NCBI GenBank assembly: GCA_003563465.1
Contig: PWVH01000128.1
Span: forward strand, 25,504 to 89,503
DNA: 64,000 bases
Direction of reading: 5' to 3'
Source: Coriobacteriaceae bacterium
GTDB lineage: Bacteria > Actinomycetota > Coriobacteriia > Anaerosomatales > SLCP01
Shown piece after piece: positions 39,033 to 47,721 of this stretch. The position numbers and the translations under genes were made by a program. The notes beneath the pieces are model-generated. The model saw nothing but the letters and a program-made list of their open reading frames with translations. It did not search any database and was not told the DNA's origin. Numbering within the stretch: position 1 is the first letter of the stretch; each line of letters starts with the position of its first letter.

Positions 39033-39061
39033 TTGACAGGTCCCGTGGGGCTGGGTAGGAT
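39033..39061 (+). promoter_or_regulatory. putative promoter of the tRNA-Gln/tRNA-Glu unit
   Basis: TTGACA (39033-39038), a 17-nt spacer, then TAGGAT (39056-39061). It lies about 45 nt upstream of tRNA-Gln. Confidence 0.55.
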
Positions 39062-39106
39062 TCCGAACCGCGCCCTGATGGGCGACAGGATCACCGGATG
39101 TCGCAA

Positions 39107-39180
39107 TGGGGCGTCGTCTAATGGTAGGACAGCGGATTCTGGTTCCGTAAGTGGGGGTTCGACTCCTCCCGCCCCAGCCA
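39107..39180 (+). tRNA. tRNA-Gln (anticodon CTG), CCA encoded
   Basis: Hand-folded cloverleaf. Acceptor stem TGGGGCG/CGCCCCA, D stem GTCT/GGAC, anticodon stem GCGGA/TCCGT with loop TTCTGGT, T arm GGGGG-TTCGACT-CCTCC, then discriminator G and CCA. Confidence 0.9.
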
Positions 39181-39197
39181 TTCGATGCGCCGGGCAA

Positions 39198-39274
39198 GGC
39201 CCGTTAGTCTAGTGGACAAGGACGCCGCCCTCTCAAGGCGGAGATCACGGGTTCGAATCCCGTACGGGCTACCA
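39198..39274 (+). tRNA. tRNA-Glu (anticodon CTC), CCA encoded
   Basis: Acceptor stem GGCCCGT/ACGGGCT, anticodon stem CCGCC/GGCGG with loop CTCTCAA, and T arm ACGGG-TTCGAATC-CCGT. It is closely collinear with E. coli tRNA-Glu. Confidence 0.9.
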
Positions 39275-39284
39275 TACCGACATT

Positions 39285-39314
39285 AAGGAACGCCTTTTCG
39301 GGCGTTCCTTTTGC
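39285..39314 (+). terminator. rho-independent terminator after tRNA-Glu
   Basis: AAGGAACGCC-TTTTCG-GGCGTTCCTT followed by TTTG. Confidence 0.7.
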
Positions 39315-39370
39315 AAGCTCTGTGGAGCTTGGAGAGCGATAGCAAAGCTTTCACCTGATAAACTAGATAT

Positions 39371-39720
39371 GGAGTGGGCTGGATGGTCGCGCGGATCTGT
39401 GTGATCCGTGAGGAAAGTCCGGACTCCAAAGGGCAGGGTGCCTGCTAACGGCAGGGCGGGGCGACCCGACGGAAAGTGCCACAGAAAAGAAGACCCCCTG
39501 GTCATGATGGACCAGGGGAAAGCTGAAACGGTGCGGTAAGAGCGCACCAGCGTTGCGGTAACGCAGCGGCTTGGCAAACCCCACCCGGAGCAAGAGCGAA
39601 TAGGAGCGATCAAGGTCGGCCCGGCCGTCGCTCGGGTTAGCTCGCTTGAGGCTGTGGGCGACTGCAACCCCAGATAGATGATCATCCACGACAGAATCCG
39701 GCTTACAGGCCCACTCCACC
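39371..39720 (+). ncRNA. rnpB: RNase P RNA, bacterial type A
   Basis: P1 pairs GGAGTGGGC with GCCCACTCC. It has CR-I GAGGAAAGTCCGGACTCC, GGTAACGC, AAGTGCCACAGAAAA, and CR-V ACAGAATCCGGCTTA. The minus-strand ORFs 39269-39784 and 39363-39806 overlying it are artefacts. Confidence 0.92.
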
Positions 39721-39733
39721 CTGTACATCCGAC

Positions 39734-39768
39734 GAAGGAGACCACGCGAGCGGTCTCCTTCTTGCTTG
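39734..39768 (+). terminator. hairpin terminator after rnpB
   Basis: GAAGGAGACC-ACGCGAGC-GGTCTCCTTC followed by TTGCTTG. Confidence 0.65.
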
Positions 39769-39850
39769 TAGTGGCGATTCTCACGAAGATAGGGATAGCT
39801 CAACATGCGGCAGCGGCGCCCGCAGCGTTGTTGATACGGTTTCTAGAGAT

Positions 39851-41101
39851 TTAGACGGACTTCCACTGGAAGGATCCGCAGGATGCAGGATCACTTTCCC
39901 CGCGTTTCGGACACGTATCCAGATAGACACAATCTTCACAGCTGAGTTCGGCGAGGTCCGAACCTCCGGCCTCGTACGTCCTATCGGGTTCGATCGGCTT
40001 GTCAGCGGGGACAGGCATAGAGTCGTTGCTAACTGTGGATGAAGTGTCGTTTGACAGCTTCAGATCCTCCAAAGGGGTGTCGGCGACGACCTCCGGTGTC
40101 TCTGGGAAAGATGTGGGCATCTCTGGCTCCGCGAGAGCGGAAGGCTCTTCGAGATTCGAATCCGCGACCTCAGGAATATCAGACAACGTCGGCTCGTCGG
40201 GAGTGACAGGCTCGTCCACTGAAGGTGGCTCGACGGATACAGGCTCGTCCACGGATGCGGGCTCGGCCACGGCAGGTGGCGGAGGTGGCGGTGGCTCCGA
40301 TTCGAGTTCTGGATCTACGAACGACGCGGGTGATTCCGGTTCCGGTCGATCCTCAGGCTCAGATTCGATTTCTGTTGACGGAAGATCCCACGGCCAGGAC
40401 TCGCTGGGAACCTCGGGTTCGGACTCAATAGCAGGTATCGGCTGAGAGATAGATTCAGGTTCCGGAAGAGGCTCAGACAGGACGGCCTCGTCAGACTCAA
40501 GAGTGGCAGCTGAGGCGTTTTTCTTGGGAAGAGGCTGCTGTGCTGCAACTTCGTCATCTCCCATAAGCTTCTCATCAATGTCCTGGCCGGAGATAGCCTC
40601 GATGGTCTCGAGCTCTAAGCTCTCGGACTCCGGCTCTTCGGTCTCGAGCTCCGGCTCTTCGGCCTGCGACTCTGCGTTTTCGGTATCCGGTTCAGGGCTC
40701 TGAAGTTCCGAATGTAAGCTTTCGAGCTCGGATTCCGACTCCGTGCCCACGGGTTCTGACTCGGTGAACTCAGGCTCCGTGCTCTCGGGTTCCGGCTCGG
40801 TGAACTCAGGCTCCGTGCTCTCGGATCCAGGGATGTCAACAACAGGCGCCTCCCAGACCGCGGCACTCTCCGCATCGAGTATCTCTTCGGAGAATTGGGG
40901 TCCGACAGCAGATGTGCGAGGCACGATCAGGACAGGTGTGCCGGAGTCAAGGTCTAAGACGAAGATCTCTTCGGCAGTGACGGCATCGGGCAAGGCTGAA
41001 AGGCGCGACAGCTCTGCCAGAGCCTCATGCCGGGTGGGAAAGAGCGCAGGCACGATAAGCCGTACCTCGTCCTCATCGCGTCCCAATAGGAAGAAGCCCA
41101 T
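39851..41101 (-). CDS. highly acidic, low-complexity protein with small N-terminal domain and C-terminal 4-Cys motif (function unknown)
   Basis: 416 aa from ATG 41099-41101, with GAGGTG 6 nt upstream. An N-terminal region of about 70 aa looks foldable. About 300 aa are Glu/Pro/Ser/Asp-rich and include a PPPPPPP run. The C-terminus reads SCEDCVYLDTCPKRGESDPASCGSFQW. Confidence 0.6.
   Translation of the reverse strand: MGFFLLGRDEDEVRLIVPALFPTRHEALAELSRLSALPDAVTAEEIFVLDLDSGTPVLIVPRTSAVGPQFSEEILDAESAAVWEAPVVDIPGSESTEPEFTEPEPESTEPEFTESEPVGTESESELESLHSELQSPEPDTENAESQAEEPELETEEPESESLELETIEAISGQDIDEKLMGDDEVAAQQPLPKKNASAATLESDEAVLSEPLPEPESISQPIPAIESEPEVPSESWPWDLPSTEIESEPEDRPEPESPASFVDPELESEPPPPPPPAVAEPASVDEPVSVEPPSVDEPVTPDEPTLSDIPEVADSNLEEPSALAEPEMPTSFPETPEVVADTPLEDLKLSNDTSSTVSNDSMPVPADKPIEPDRTYEAGGSDLAELSCEDCVYLDTCPKRGESDPASCGSFQWKSV
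40761..40824. repeat. in-frame 36-bp tandem duplication inside the acidic-protein gene
   Basis: TCGGTGAACTCAGGCTCCGTGCTCTCGG occurs at 40761-40788 and again at 40797-40824, a period of 36 bp. It encodes the STEPEFTE(P/S)EP repeats. Confidence 0.75.
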
Positions 41102-41150
41102 CGCTCGCACCTCGAATCATCTCTGTACGAATACGATTCGTTCGCCCCTT

Positions 41151-41179
41151 ATGCTAGAACCCATGGTCTCACGGGGCAA
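41151..41179 (-). promoter_or_regulatory. putative promoter of the acidic-protein gene
   Basis: Minus strand reads TTGCCC, a 17-nt spacer, then TAGCAT. An inverted repeat CGAAT-N3-ATTCG (41129-41141) lies between the -10 element and the start codon. Confidence 0.45.
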
Positions 41180-41248
41180 CCGTTAGGGCTTTCTGAGTCT
41201 GCCTGAGCACAGAGTGGCAGATTCAGAGATCAGGTTCGGTGACGCCGC

Positions 41249-42181
41249 TCACACTCGCTGGTCTCTCAAGAACGTCAGCCGGCGGATGTTCTCACGGTCC
41301 TTGTACGGGATTTCACCCGGCATTTCCATCACTGCTGGCACGCCTTCTAGCTTCGGATGACGGACCATGGCAGCGAAGGCATCCAGACCGAGGGTTCCGT
41401 CTCCAATCCATGCATGCCGGTCGCGATGGGATCCTCGCTCGTACACACAGTCGTTGGCGTGGACAAGTCGCAATGCCTTACTGCCGCATCGATTCTCGAT
41501 TTCGTTGAGGACGATGCTCCACCGATGCTCATCGCTAAGATCGATGCCTGAGGCGTGTGCATGACATGTATCGAAGCAGACGCCTAAGAGGCGGGAATCT
41601 TCCTCAGCTCGGTCGATCACGGCGGCGAGCTCGCCTATCGTTCGACCATAGGCGTTTCCACTGCCTGCGGTGTTCTCCAGCAGAAGCATGGTCGGCGAGT
41701 CCGACTGCGTGCCTGCTAGGTCGAACGCGGCTTGAACAGCCGAGGCGATACGGTCTGCAGCTGACTCTGGGTTTCCAAACGGATCGGTCCCGAGATGAGT
41801 GGCTACCCCATCGGCAAAAAGGAGGCGGGCACGCGCTATCTCGTCGGCCAGTGCGGCGATGGATCGCTCGCGAAGTATCTCATCAGGTGTGGCCAGGTTG
41901 ATCAAGTATGCGGTATGGGTGAAAGCAGCCCGAATTCCTGCAGCGAGGCGGTGTTCCAGAAACGGCTTACCTGCTTCGGGATTCGCCGGAGGGCCTTCCC
42001 ATCGGCGAGGGCTCTTCGCGAAGAACTGCATGGACTCGCATCCGACCGAGGCGGCATAGTCGACAGCGGCAGCAAGGCCGTTCGCGACGGAGACGTGCGC
42101 GCCGATAAGCAAGATGCTCCTTTCAACGCCGGTTTCTGCGTAGATCGGGTCTGCTGAGCATTCTACGCGAGAAGTGACCAT
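41249..42181 (-). CDS. nfo: endonuclease IV (AP endonuclease family 2)
   Basis: Contains IGAHVS, HTAYLINLA, LLENTAG and CFDTCHAHASG metal-ligand blocks. The exact start is uncertain. Confidence 0.88.
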   Translation of the reverse strand: MVTSRVECSADPIYAETGVERSILLIGAHVSVANGLAAAVDYAASVGCESMQFFAKSPRRWEGPPANPEAGKPFLEHRLAAGIRAAFTHTAYLINLATPDEILRERSIAALADEIARARLLFADGVATHLGTDPFGNPESAADRIASAVQAAFDLAGTQSDSPTMLLLENTAGSGNAYGRTIGELAAVIDRAEEDSRLLGVCFDTCHAHASGIDLSDEHRWSIVLNEIENRCGSKALRLVHANDCVYERGSHRDRHAWIGDGTLGLDAFAAMVRHPKLEGVPAVMEMPGEIPYKDRENIRRLTFLRDQRV

Positions 42182-42212
42182 CCACAGCGGCGACGGTTAA
42201 ACTCGATGAGAT

Positions 42213-43457
42213 ATGAAAGAGGGCTCTACACTATGGAAAGGACGTGCGATCCTGCACGTCGACATGGATGCCTTCTTCGCTTCGGTGGAGCAGTTGGACC
42301 ATCCGGAGTGGAGAGGGCTGCCTGTGATCGTCGGCGGCGATCCTGCAAGGCGCGGAGTCGTTTCAGCAGCCTCCTACGAGGCGCGGCGCTTCGGAGTCCG
42401 ATCCGCGATGCCTTCTATGCGAGCGGCCGCGCTATGTCCTCAAGCTGTCTGGGCTCGTCCTCGTAGAGAACGGTACCGTGAGGTCTCTCAAGAAGTACGT
42501 AAAATCCTCGCCGAGGAGACTCCGCACGTGCAGCCCTGCTCGATAGACGAAGCCTATCTCGATGTCACTCCTGGATCACATGCATATGAGGATCCAGGAG
42601 TTGTCGCTCGGCGTATCCAGGAACGTGTGGACGCCATAGGAATCACGTGCTCTGTGGGGGTAGCGACTTCGAAGACAGTGGCGAAGATTGCTTCCGACAG
42701 AAACAAGCCACACGGCTTGACAGTGGTATATCCGGGTGAAGAAAGGGACTTTCTCTCCCCCCTTCCCGTGTCCCTGATGCCTGGAATCGGTTCGATCGGT
42801 GCTGGGCGTCTGGAACGATTCGGCGTCACGACCCTGGGTATGCTGGCCGACTTGGATGCAGAGACCGCACGAGAAGTGCTCGGGTCTCACGGAGAGGATC
42901 TCATCAAACGAGCTAGAGGAATCGACGAGCGGCCCGTAAGGGATACCAGACCCGTGAAGTCCGTGTCGAACGAAATGACCTTCGGCACCGATGCACACAG
43001 TGTCGACGAGGTGAAGACGGCCATGTCAGCTCTGAGCGCGAAGGTGGCCGGGCGCTTGAGACGAAAGGGGATCTCCGGACGGACCGTGACTGTGAAAGTG
43101 AGGTATGGTGATTTCACGACACGTACCGTCCGATGTACGATGCCAAGGCCTACAGATACGCGTGAAGCCATCCTGGACGTCGCGCTGCAGCTGCTCGATT
43201 CGATATGGTCTCCCGGTGTCGGCATCCGCTTGCTTGGGGTGGGCGTGAGCGGCTTCGAAGAGCGTGCGGTACAGATGGATCTTCTCGAAGCCGATCCAGA
43301 GGATTCGCAGCACCGCGGGCGCAGGCGTCTGGCGATGAGCGTCGATGAGGTATGCGAGCGGTTCGGAGACAACGCGATAGGATATGGAGTATCGTTTACG
43401 CGCGACGCTGACGAACTGCCCGACCGGGCTGACGACACGGAGAACGGGGGGACGTAG
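42213..43457 (+). CDS. dinB: DNA polymerase IV (Y-family)
   Basis: Contains ILHVDMDAFFASVEQ, SIDEAYLDVT and the little-finger C-terminal half. It is divergent from nfo. Confidence 0.93.
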   Translation: MKEGSTLWKGRAILHVDMDAFFASVEQLDHPEWRGLPVIVGGDPARRGVVSAASYEARRFGVRSAMPSMRAAALCPQAVWARPRRERYREVSQEVRKILAEETPHVQPCSIDEAYLDVTPGSHAYEDPGVVARRIQERVDAIGITCSVGVATSKTVAKIASDRNKPHGLTVVYPGEERDFLSPLPVSLMPGIGSIGAGRLERFGVTTLGMLADLDAETAREVLGSHGEDLIKRARGIDERPVRDTRPVKSVSNEMTFGTDAHSVDEVKTAMSALSAKVAGRLRRKGISGRTVTVKVRYGDFTTRTVRCTMPRPTDTREAILDVALQLLDSIWSPGVGIRLLGVGVSGFEERAVQMDLLEADPEDSQHRGRRRLAMSVDEVCERFGDNAIGYGVSFTRDADELPDRADDTENGGT

Positions 43458-43867
43458 TGAGCAGGTTCGCACGGGGGGCTGCGTTACTTTCGGCATGCAT
43501 CATAGGCCTCCAATTCACTGCGGCATGTGCGCCGTCCAGGACGCCATCTTCTCACTTTCCTCCACCCACACAAGTCGATGAACCCGGTGTCTACGAGACT
43601 GCCGACGGACGTATGAGGGCTGTCGGTGTGCTCGAGTGGGTCGATCTTGAAGGCGGGTTCTTCGCAGTGGTAGACGTTGCCGAAACCGAGGCTGCGGAGA
43701 TTCGTGTCGTTGCCGTGATTGCCAACTCCGAAGAGCTGGAAGACGAACTTCTCGCTTCGCGAGGACGTTATGTCGAGGTCTTGGGGGAGGCTTTCGACGG
43801 TGTCTCGATTCGGATGGCGGGTCCCGAAATCTTGGCCGAGGAAGTCCGTCCGCTTCTCGACGATTAG
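43457..43867 (+). CDS. putative secreted/lipoprotein, unknown function
   Basis: The GTG start overlaps the dinB stop (TAGTG). The N-terminus MSRFARGAALLSACIIGLQFTAAC is signal/lipobox-like. The mature part contains LEWVDLEGGFFAVVD. Confidence 0.5.
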   Translation: MSRFARGAALLSACIIGLQFTAACAPSRTPSSHFPPPTQVDEPGVYETADGRMRAVGVLEWVDLEGGFFAVVDVAETEAAEIRVVAVIANSEELEDELLASRGRYVEVLGEAFDGVSIRMAGPEILAEEVRPLLDD

Positions 43868-43893
43868 CAGGACCGGGATTCCCGAACCAATCG

Positions 43894-46800
43894 TCAGGAA
43901 TCCTCCTCAGGAGCTCCTGCTCCACCGAGCGACGGTCCCATAGGTCCGCTCGGCACACCGCGTCTAAGCCTTACTGGCGCCCCCGAAGAGGAGCGCACGA
44001 CGTACGGCCGGATATCCTCAGCTATTATCGCCGTTCCCTGCTCGGCATTATTCTGCAACCTCCCTTCTACGAGATAACAGCGATGTTTGACGATGGCCTC
44101 CCCTGCTCGGCGGAGGGAGTCCTCGAAGACCACGACATCCAAAAGACCGCTGGAATCCTCGAGGGTCAGGAAGCACGTGCGTCTTCCCGAGCGAGTCCGG
44201 GGAGTTTGAGCGCGCTCGCGCACTCCGCATACGAGGACACGACTGCGATCGGGCATGCCGGGTAGCTGTTCGGCGAAAGTGATACCGCGGTCAAGCAGGT
44301 CTTCTTCGGCGATATCGAGTGGGTGGCATGTGAGCGAAAGTCCTAGCAACTCGAGCTCGGCTGAGAGCCTGCGTGCGGGCGACCAGCCGCTTACATGCGA
44401 GAGGTCCTCGGCTGGACGCGTGGGAGCGGGAACTAGCGCTAGCACATCGTCATTGATGCTCTCCTCGCGAGCGATAGCGGTCTTGATCCCCGGTAGGAGC
44501 GCCAGCAACTCGTCTCGCGTGGGAGGCCTTCCTCCTTCAGTGATTCCAAGACCATCGAGAGCTCCGATGCTTATCAGGCTCTCGGCAGGGGCTGGCTCCG
44601 CATTCGTACGGCGCAGGAAGTCTGCAAGATCGCGAAAGGGACGGATCTTGCGCTCCGCCTCGATAGTGTCGAGCAGACGGCTGGGCATCGCGTATACATC
44701 CCGCAAGCCCACAAGGATCGCCCGCCCATCTTCTCTTACTGTGTAGCGTATAGCGGAGGTATTGACGTGAGGAGACAGAAGATCGATGCCGTGCCGCCTT
44801 GCGTCGTTTGCGACGAGTCTAGGCGTGTAGAATCCCATAGGCTGGTTGTTCAGGATGGCCGCAGCGAACTCAGCCGGGAAGTATGTGCGCAGCCAGGCGC
44901 TGGCGTAGGAGATCTTAGCAAAACAAGCCGCATGAGCTTTGTTGAAGCCGTAGGCCGCAAAGCCTTTCAGCTGCCGGAAGACCTCCTCGGCGACTTCTGG
45001 GTCTACTCCTCGTTCGATCGCCCGCTCCAAGAAGTAGGCACGTATTCGGCTCATGTCTGCGCGGCTTCGACCTCTGGTCATCGCTCGGCGCAGTGAGTCA
45101 GCTTCTGCGAGATCGAACCCAGCGACGGCCTGTGCTACTAGAAGTACCTGCTCTTGGTAGACGATAACCCCGTAGGAGTCTGAGAGTGACTCGGCCATCG
45201 CAGGATGAGGCACGCTCACATCCTCCAAACCATGACGCCGACGGATGAACGGAGCTATCATCTCGGCTTCGAGTGGCCCGGGACGAAACAGAGATATCGC
45301 CGCGATGATGTCTTCGAAGCACCTCGCGCGAAGTCGCGTGTTGAGGTTGCGTTGACCGCTCGACTCTAGCTGGAAGACCCCCACGGTATCAGCGCGAGCT
45401 ATGGTGTCATACACCTGTTGATCGTCGGGTGTTAAGTCGAACGGCTCCGGCACGGCTTCTTTTCCTACTCGGCTGCGTGCAAGGTGGAGCGTCTCGGTTA
45501 TCGCCGAGTGCATTCGCAGGCCTAGTATGTCCATCTTGACGAGTCCGAGAGCTTCGATGTCATCCTTGTCATACTGCGAGACCACGACGCCCTTGGCTGC
45601 CCACTGCAGCGGCGTCCATGTGTCGACGGGCTCTCGTGTGATGATGAATCCTCCTAGGTGCGTACCTAGGTGCATGGGACAGGCATCGAGTCTCTCGGCA
45701 AGCTCCACCAAAGTCTCATGCCGTTCTTCCTTAAGCGGATGGCTCGCGCACTCGGGATAGGTCTCGAGGACCTCACGGAGTCGGCTGGCTGACGCCCACG
45801 GCAGGTGTCTTGAGAGCGCGTTGACCTCACCGATCGGATACCCGAAAGCTCTTGCTACGGTTCGAACGGCAGAGCGGGCGGTCATCGTGTTCACGGTAGC
45901 GACCATTGCTACGTGCCCGGAGCCGAACCTCTGGTAGATGAAGTCGACGACTTCATCACGACGGGTGGAGTCGAAGTCGATGTCTATGTCGGGCATCTGC
46001 CGCCGAGCTGGATTCAAGAACCGTTCGAAGAGCAGTTCGTGCTCTATCGGATCGGCATCACTCATGCCGAGTACATAGGAAACGATCGAATCCCCCGCAC
46101 TTCCTCGGCCCGAACAGCGTATTCCTTTTCCTCTGGCGTAATCCACGATCTCTTTGACCACGAGGAAGTAGTCGGAGAACCCCAATTCATCAATGATGCC
46201 GAGTTCGTGCTGCAAACGTGCGAACGCTGCTGGACTCACGGGACGATATCGCTTCTCGAGCCCGTGCCATGCAGCTTTAGAGAGGACCGAGTAGGGCGTC
46301 TCACCGGATGGGATATCCGCTGACGGGAAGTGAAAAGACCCGAGTCCGAGATCTAGATCGCAACGCTCGGCAATTTCGAGAGTGGCATCGCACGCCTGCG
46401 GCAACGAGGCGAACATACGCCGCATCTCAGTTGCAGGCTTGAGCCACAGTTCGGCGTTGGGGCGTCGATAAGGACCGGGAAGGCCCATACCTGCCGAAGC
46501 GGCTGCAAGCAAATCGTGTATTCGATAGTCTTCGGGATTCACATAGTGGACGTTGTTGCTAGCGACCGTGGGCAACCCGCATGACTCGGCGAGCGAGGCG
46601 AGCGAGGCGATGTAGCGCGGGCTTTCGGGGGTCAACAGGTTCATGAGTTCGATGTAGAAACTCCCGGGCTTGAAACAATCGGCGAGTCGCATGAGGGCAG
46701 CTCGAGCACGCGCAAGAGAGCCAGCCAAGACTGCCGATCCCACCTCGCCGTTCGGGCAGCCACTCAAACCGACCAGACCCTCTGAGCACTCAGCGAGATC

Positions 46801-47223
46801 TTCTAGGCTCACCACGCTCGACGTCTCAGCAGAACGTATATGAGTCCGTGAGATGAGGCGGCACAGATTGCGATAGCCCGTCAGGTTCTCGGCGAGTAAT
46901 GTGAGGTGGAATCCTATGCCGGCAGCTCGGCCGAAACCCACGCTTGCGGGCAGTGTTAGGGGCTCTCGCGCAGCCCGAGTGCCCTCTTTAGCGTCCAAAC
47001 CGGCTGTCGCAAGCACTATCTCAGCACCGATCACAGGGTGGACGCCGGCTTTCAGTGCCGCTTTGTAGAAACGCAGCGCTCCATAAAGACCCTGGTGATC
47101 GGTGAGCGCTACAGCTTCCATACCGAGTTCGACGCAACGGGTGATGATCTCTTCGATGTTCGCGGCGCCATCACCGAAGCTGAAAGTGGAGTGTGTGTGT
47201 AGATGCATGAAGGAGGCGTCCAT
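43894..47223 (-). CDS. dnaE2: error-prone DNA polymerase III alpha-type subunit DnaE2
   Basis: 1109 aa, which is short for an alpha subunit. It has a PHP N-terminus HLHTHSTFSFGDGAA and a polymerase core. An OB fold lies near the C-terminus and no long tau/beta-binding tail follows it. It lies downstream of an SOS box. Confidence 0.88.
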   Translation of the reverse strand: MDASFMHLHTHSTFSFGDGAANIEEIITRCVELGMEAVALTDHQGLYGALRFYKAALKAGVHPVIGAEIVLATAGLDAKEGTRAAREPLTLPASVGFGRAAGIGFHLTLLAENLTGYRNLCRLISRTHIRSAETSSVVSLEDLAECSEGLVGLSGCPNGEVGSAVLAGSLARARAALMRLADCFKPGSFYIELMNLLTPESPRYIASLASLAESCGLPTVASNNVHYVNPEDYRIHDLLAAASAGMGLPGPYRRPNAELWLKPATEMRRMFASLPQACDATLEIAERCDLDLGLGSFHFPSADIPSGETPYSVLSKAAWHGLEKRYRPVSPAAFARLQHELGIIDELGFSDYFLVVKEIVDYARGKGIRCSGRGSAGDSIVSYVLGMSDADPIEHELLFERFLNPARRQMPDIDIDFDSTRRDEVVDFIYQRFGSGHVAMVATVNTMTARSAVRTVARAFGYPIGEVNALSRHLPWASASRLREVLETYPECASHPLKEERHETLVELAERLDACPMHLGTHLGGFIITREPVDTWTPLQWAAKGVVVSQYDKDDIEALGLVKMDILGLRMHSAITETLHLARSRVGKEAVPEPFDLTPDDQQVYDTIARADTVGVFQLESSGQRNLNTRLRARCFEDIIAAISLFRPGPLEAEMIAPFIRRRHGLEDVSVPHPAMAESLSDSYGVIVYQEQVLLVAQAVAGFDLAEADSLRRAMTRGRSRADMSRIRAYFLERAIERGVDPEVAEEVFRQLKGFAAYGFNKAHAACFAKISYASAWLRTYFPAEFAAAILNNQPMGFYTPRLVANDARRHGIDLLSPHVNTSAIRYTVREDGRAILVGLRDVYAMPSRLLDTIEAERKIRPFRDLADFLRRTNAEPAPAESLISIGALDGLGITEGGRPPTRDELLALLPGIKTAIAREESINDDVLALVPAPTRPAEDLSHVSGWSPARRLSAELELLGLSLTCHPLDIAEEDLLDRGITFAEQLPGMPDRSRVLVCGVRERAQTPRTRSGRRTCFLTLEDSSGLLDVVVFEDSLRRAGEAIVKHRCYLVEGRLQNNAEQGTAIIAEDIRPYVVRSSSGAPVRLRRGVPSGPMGPSLGGAGAPEEDS

Positions 47224-47233
47224 CGGAGCTGTG

Positions 47234-47653
47234 CTAGTCCTGTATGCCGAGGAGAAGCCATCTCCCGTTCAGCCGATCGAACGCCAGGTCGTACGGGCCC
47301 CCTTCGCGCGTCAAAACGCGCCAGCAGCGACGGCTTATGTGCTGCACGGGATCCCACCACGCGTACTCGACGGCCCAACTCTGGACTATCGAATCCACAT
47401 GATATGTTCGCCTGCCTCTGACGAACGTCACCGGACGCCGTTCGTTCACTTCCCAATTGACGAATATCGCTTCACGGACCCGACGGCCTACTCCCGCGTC
47501 ACCTGGATAGTCGAGTTCGGAAGCTCGAAATATCCACGTCGTGCCCAGGAGATCGAGAACGACGAGGCGACGCTCCTCGACAGGCTCGAACAGATCGAGT
47601 GTCCGGGCGCCCAGAATGGGTCGATATCGTTTGATCGCGACATTGCGGCCCAC
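47234..47653 (-). CDS. small protein resembling the C-terminal domain of ImuB, with a beta-clamp-like motif (mini-ImuB candidate)
   Basis: 139 aa with a GTG start and AAGGG 6 nt upstream. It ends 11 nt before dnaE2. The C-terminal half is PVTFVRGRRTYHVDSIVQSWAVEYAWWDP...GRWLLLGIQD, and the N-terminus carries TLDLF. Confidence 0.55.
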   Translation of the reverse strand: MGRNVAIKRYRPILGARTLDLFEPVEERRLVVLDLLGTTWIFRASELDYPGDAGVGRRVREAIFVNWEVNERRPVTFVRGRRTYHVDSIVQSWAVEYAWWDPVQHISRRCWRVLTREGGPYDLAFDRLNGRWLLLGIQD

Positions 47654-47721
47654 GGAAGACCCTTCGCCGTAGAACGGATCCCGTCATAGGCATGGCCTCT
47701 TGAGAATGCAACGGGAAACAG

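Noticed and set aside
39314-39370. Tried to define an rnpB promoter (TAAACT or TAGATA near 39356-39368; hairpin CAAGCTC-TGTG-GAGCTTG at 39314-39332).
   Set aside because: No acceptable -35 element lies at 16-18 nt spacing, so the call would be arbitrary. rnpB may instead be processed from the tRNA transcript or use a non-canonical promoter.
39269-39806. Two long minus-strand ORFs (171 and 147 aa).
   Set aside because: They lie exactly over the plus-strand RNase P RNA, whose conserved P4/CR-I/CR-V blocks are unambiguous. Their translations are Arg/Ser/Pro-rich with no motifs. They are artefacts of GC-rich structured RNA.
40225-40875. Several 60-150-aa ORFs in other frames and on the other strand within the acidic-protein gene (for example 39999-40445 +, 40615-40875 -).
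   Set aside because: These are products of the repetitive GA/GC-rich sequence. Only the 416-aa frame has an RBS, a promoter, and non-repetitive terminal domains.
42182-42212. Searched the nfo-dinB divergent spacer, and the regions upstream of recG and priA, for a second CGAAC-N4-GTTCG LexA box.
   Set aside because: No match with two or fewer mismatches was seen by eye. Only the dnaE2-operon box is convincing.
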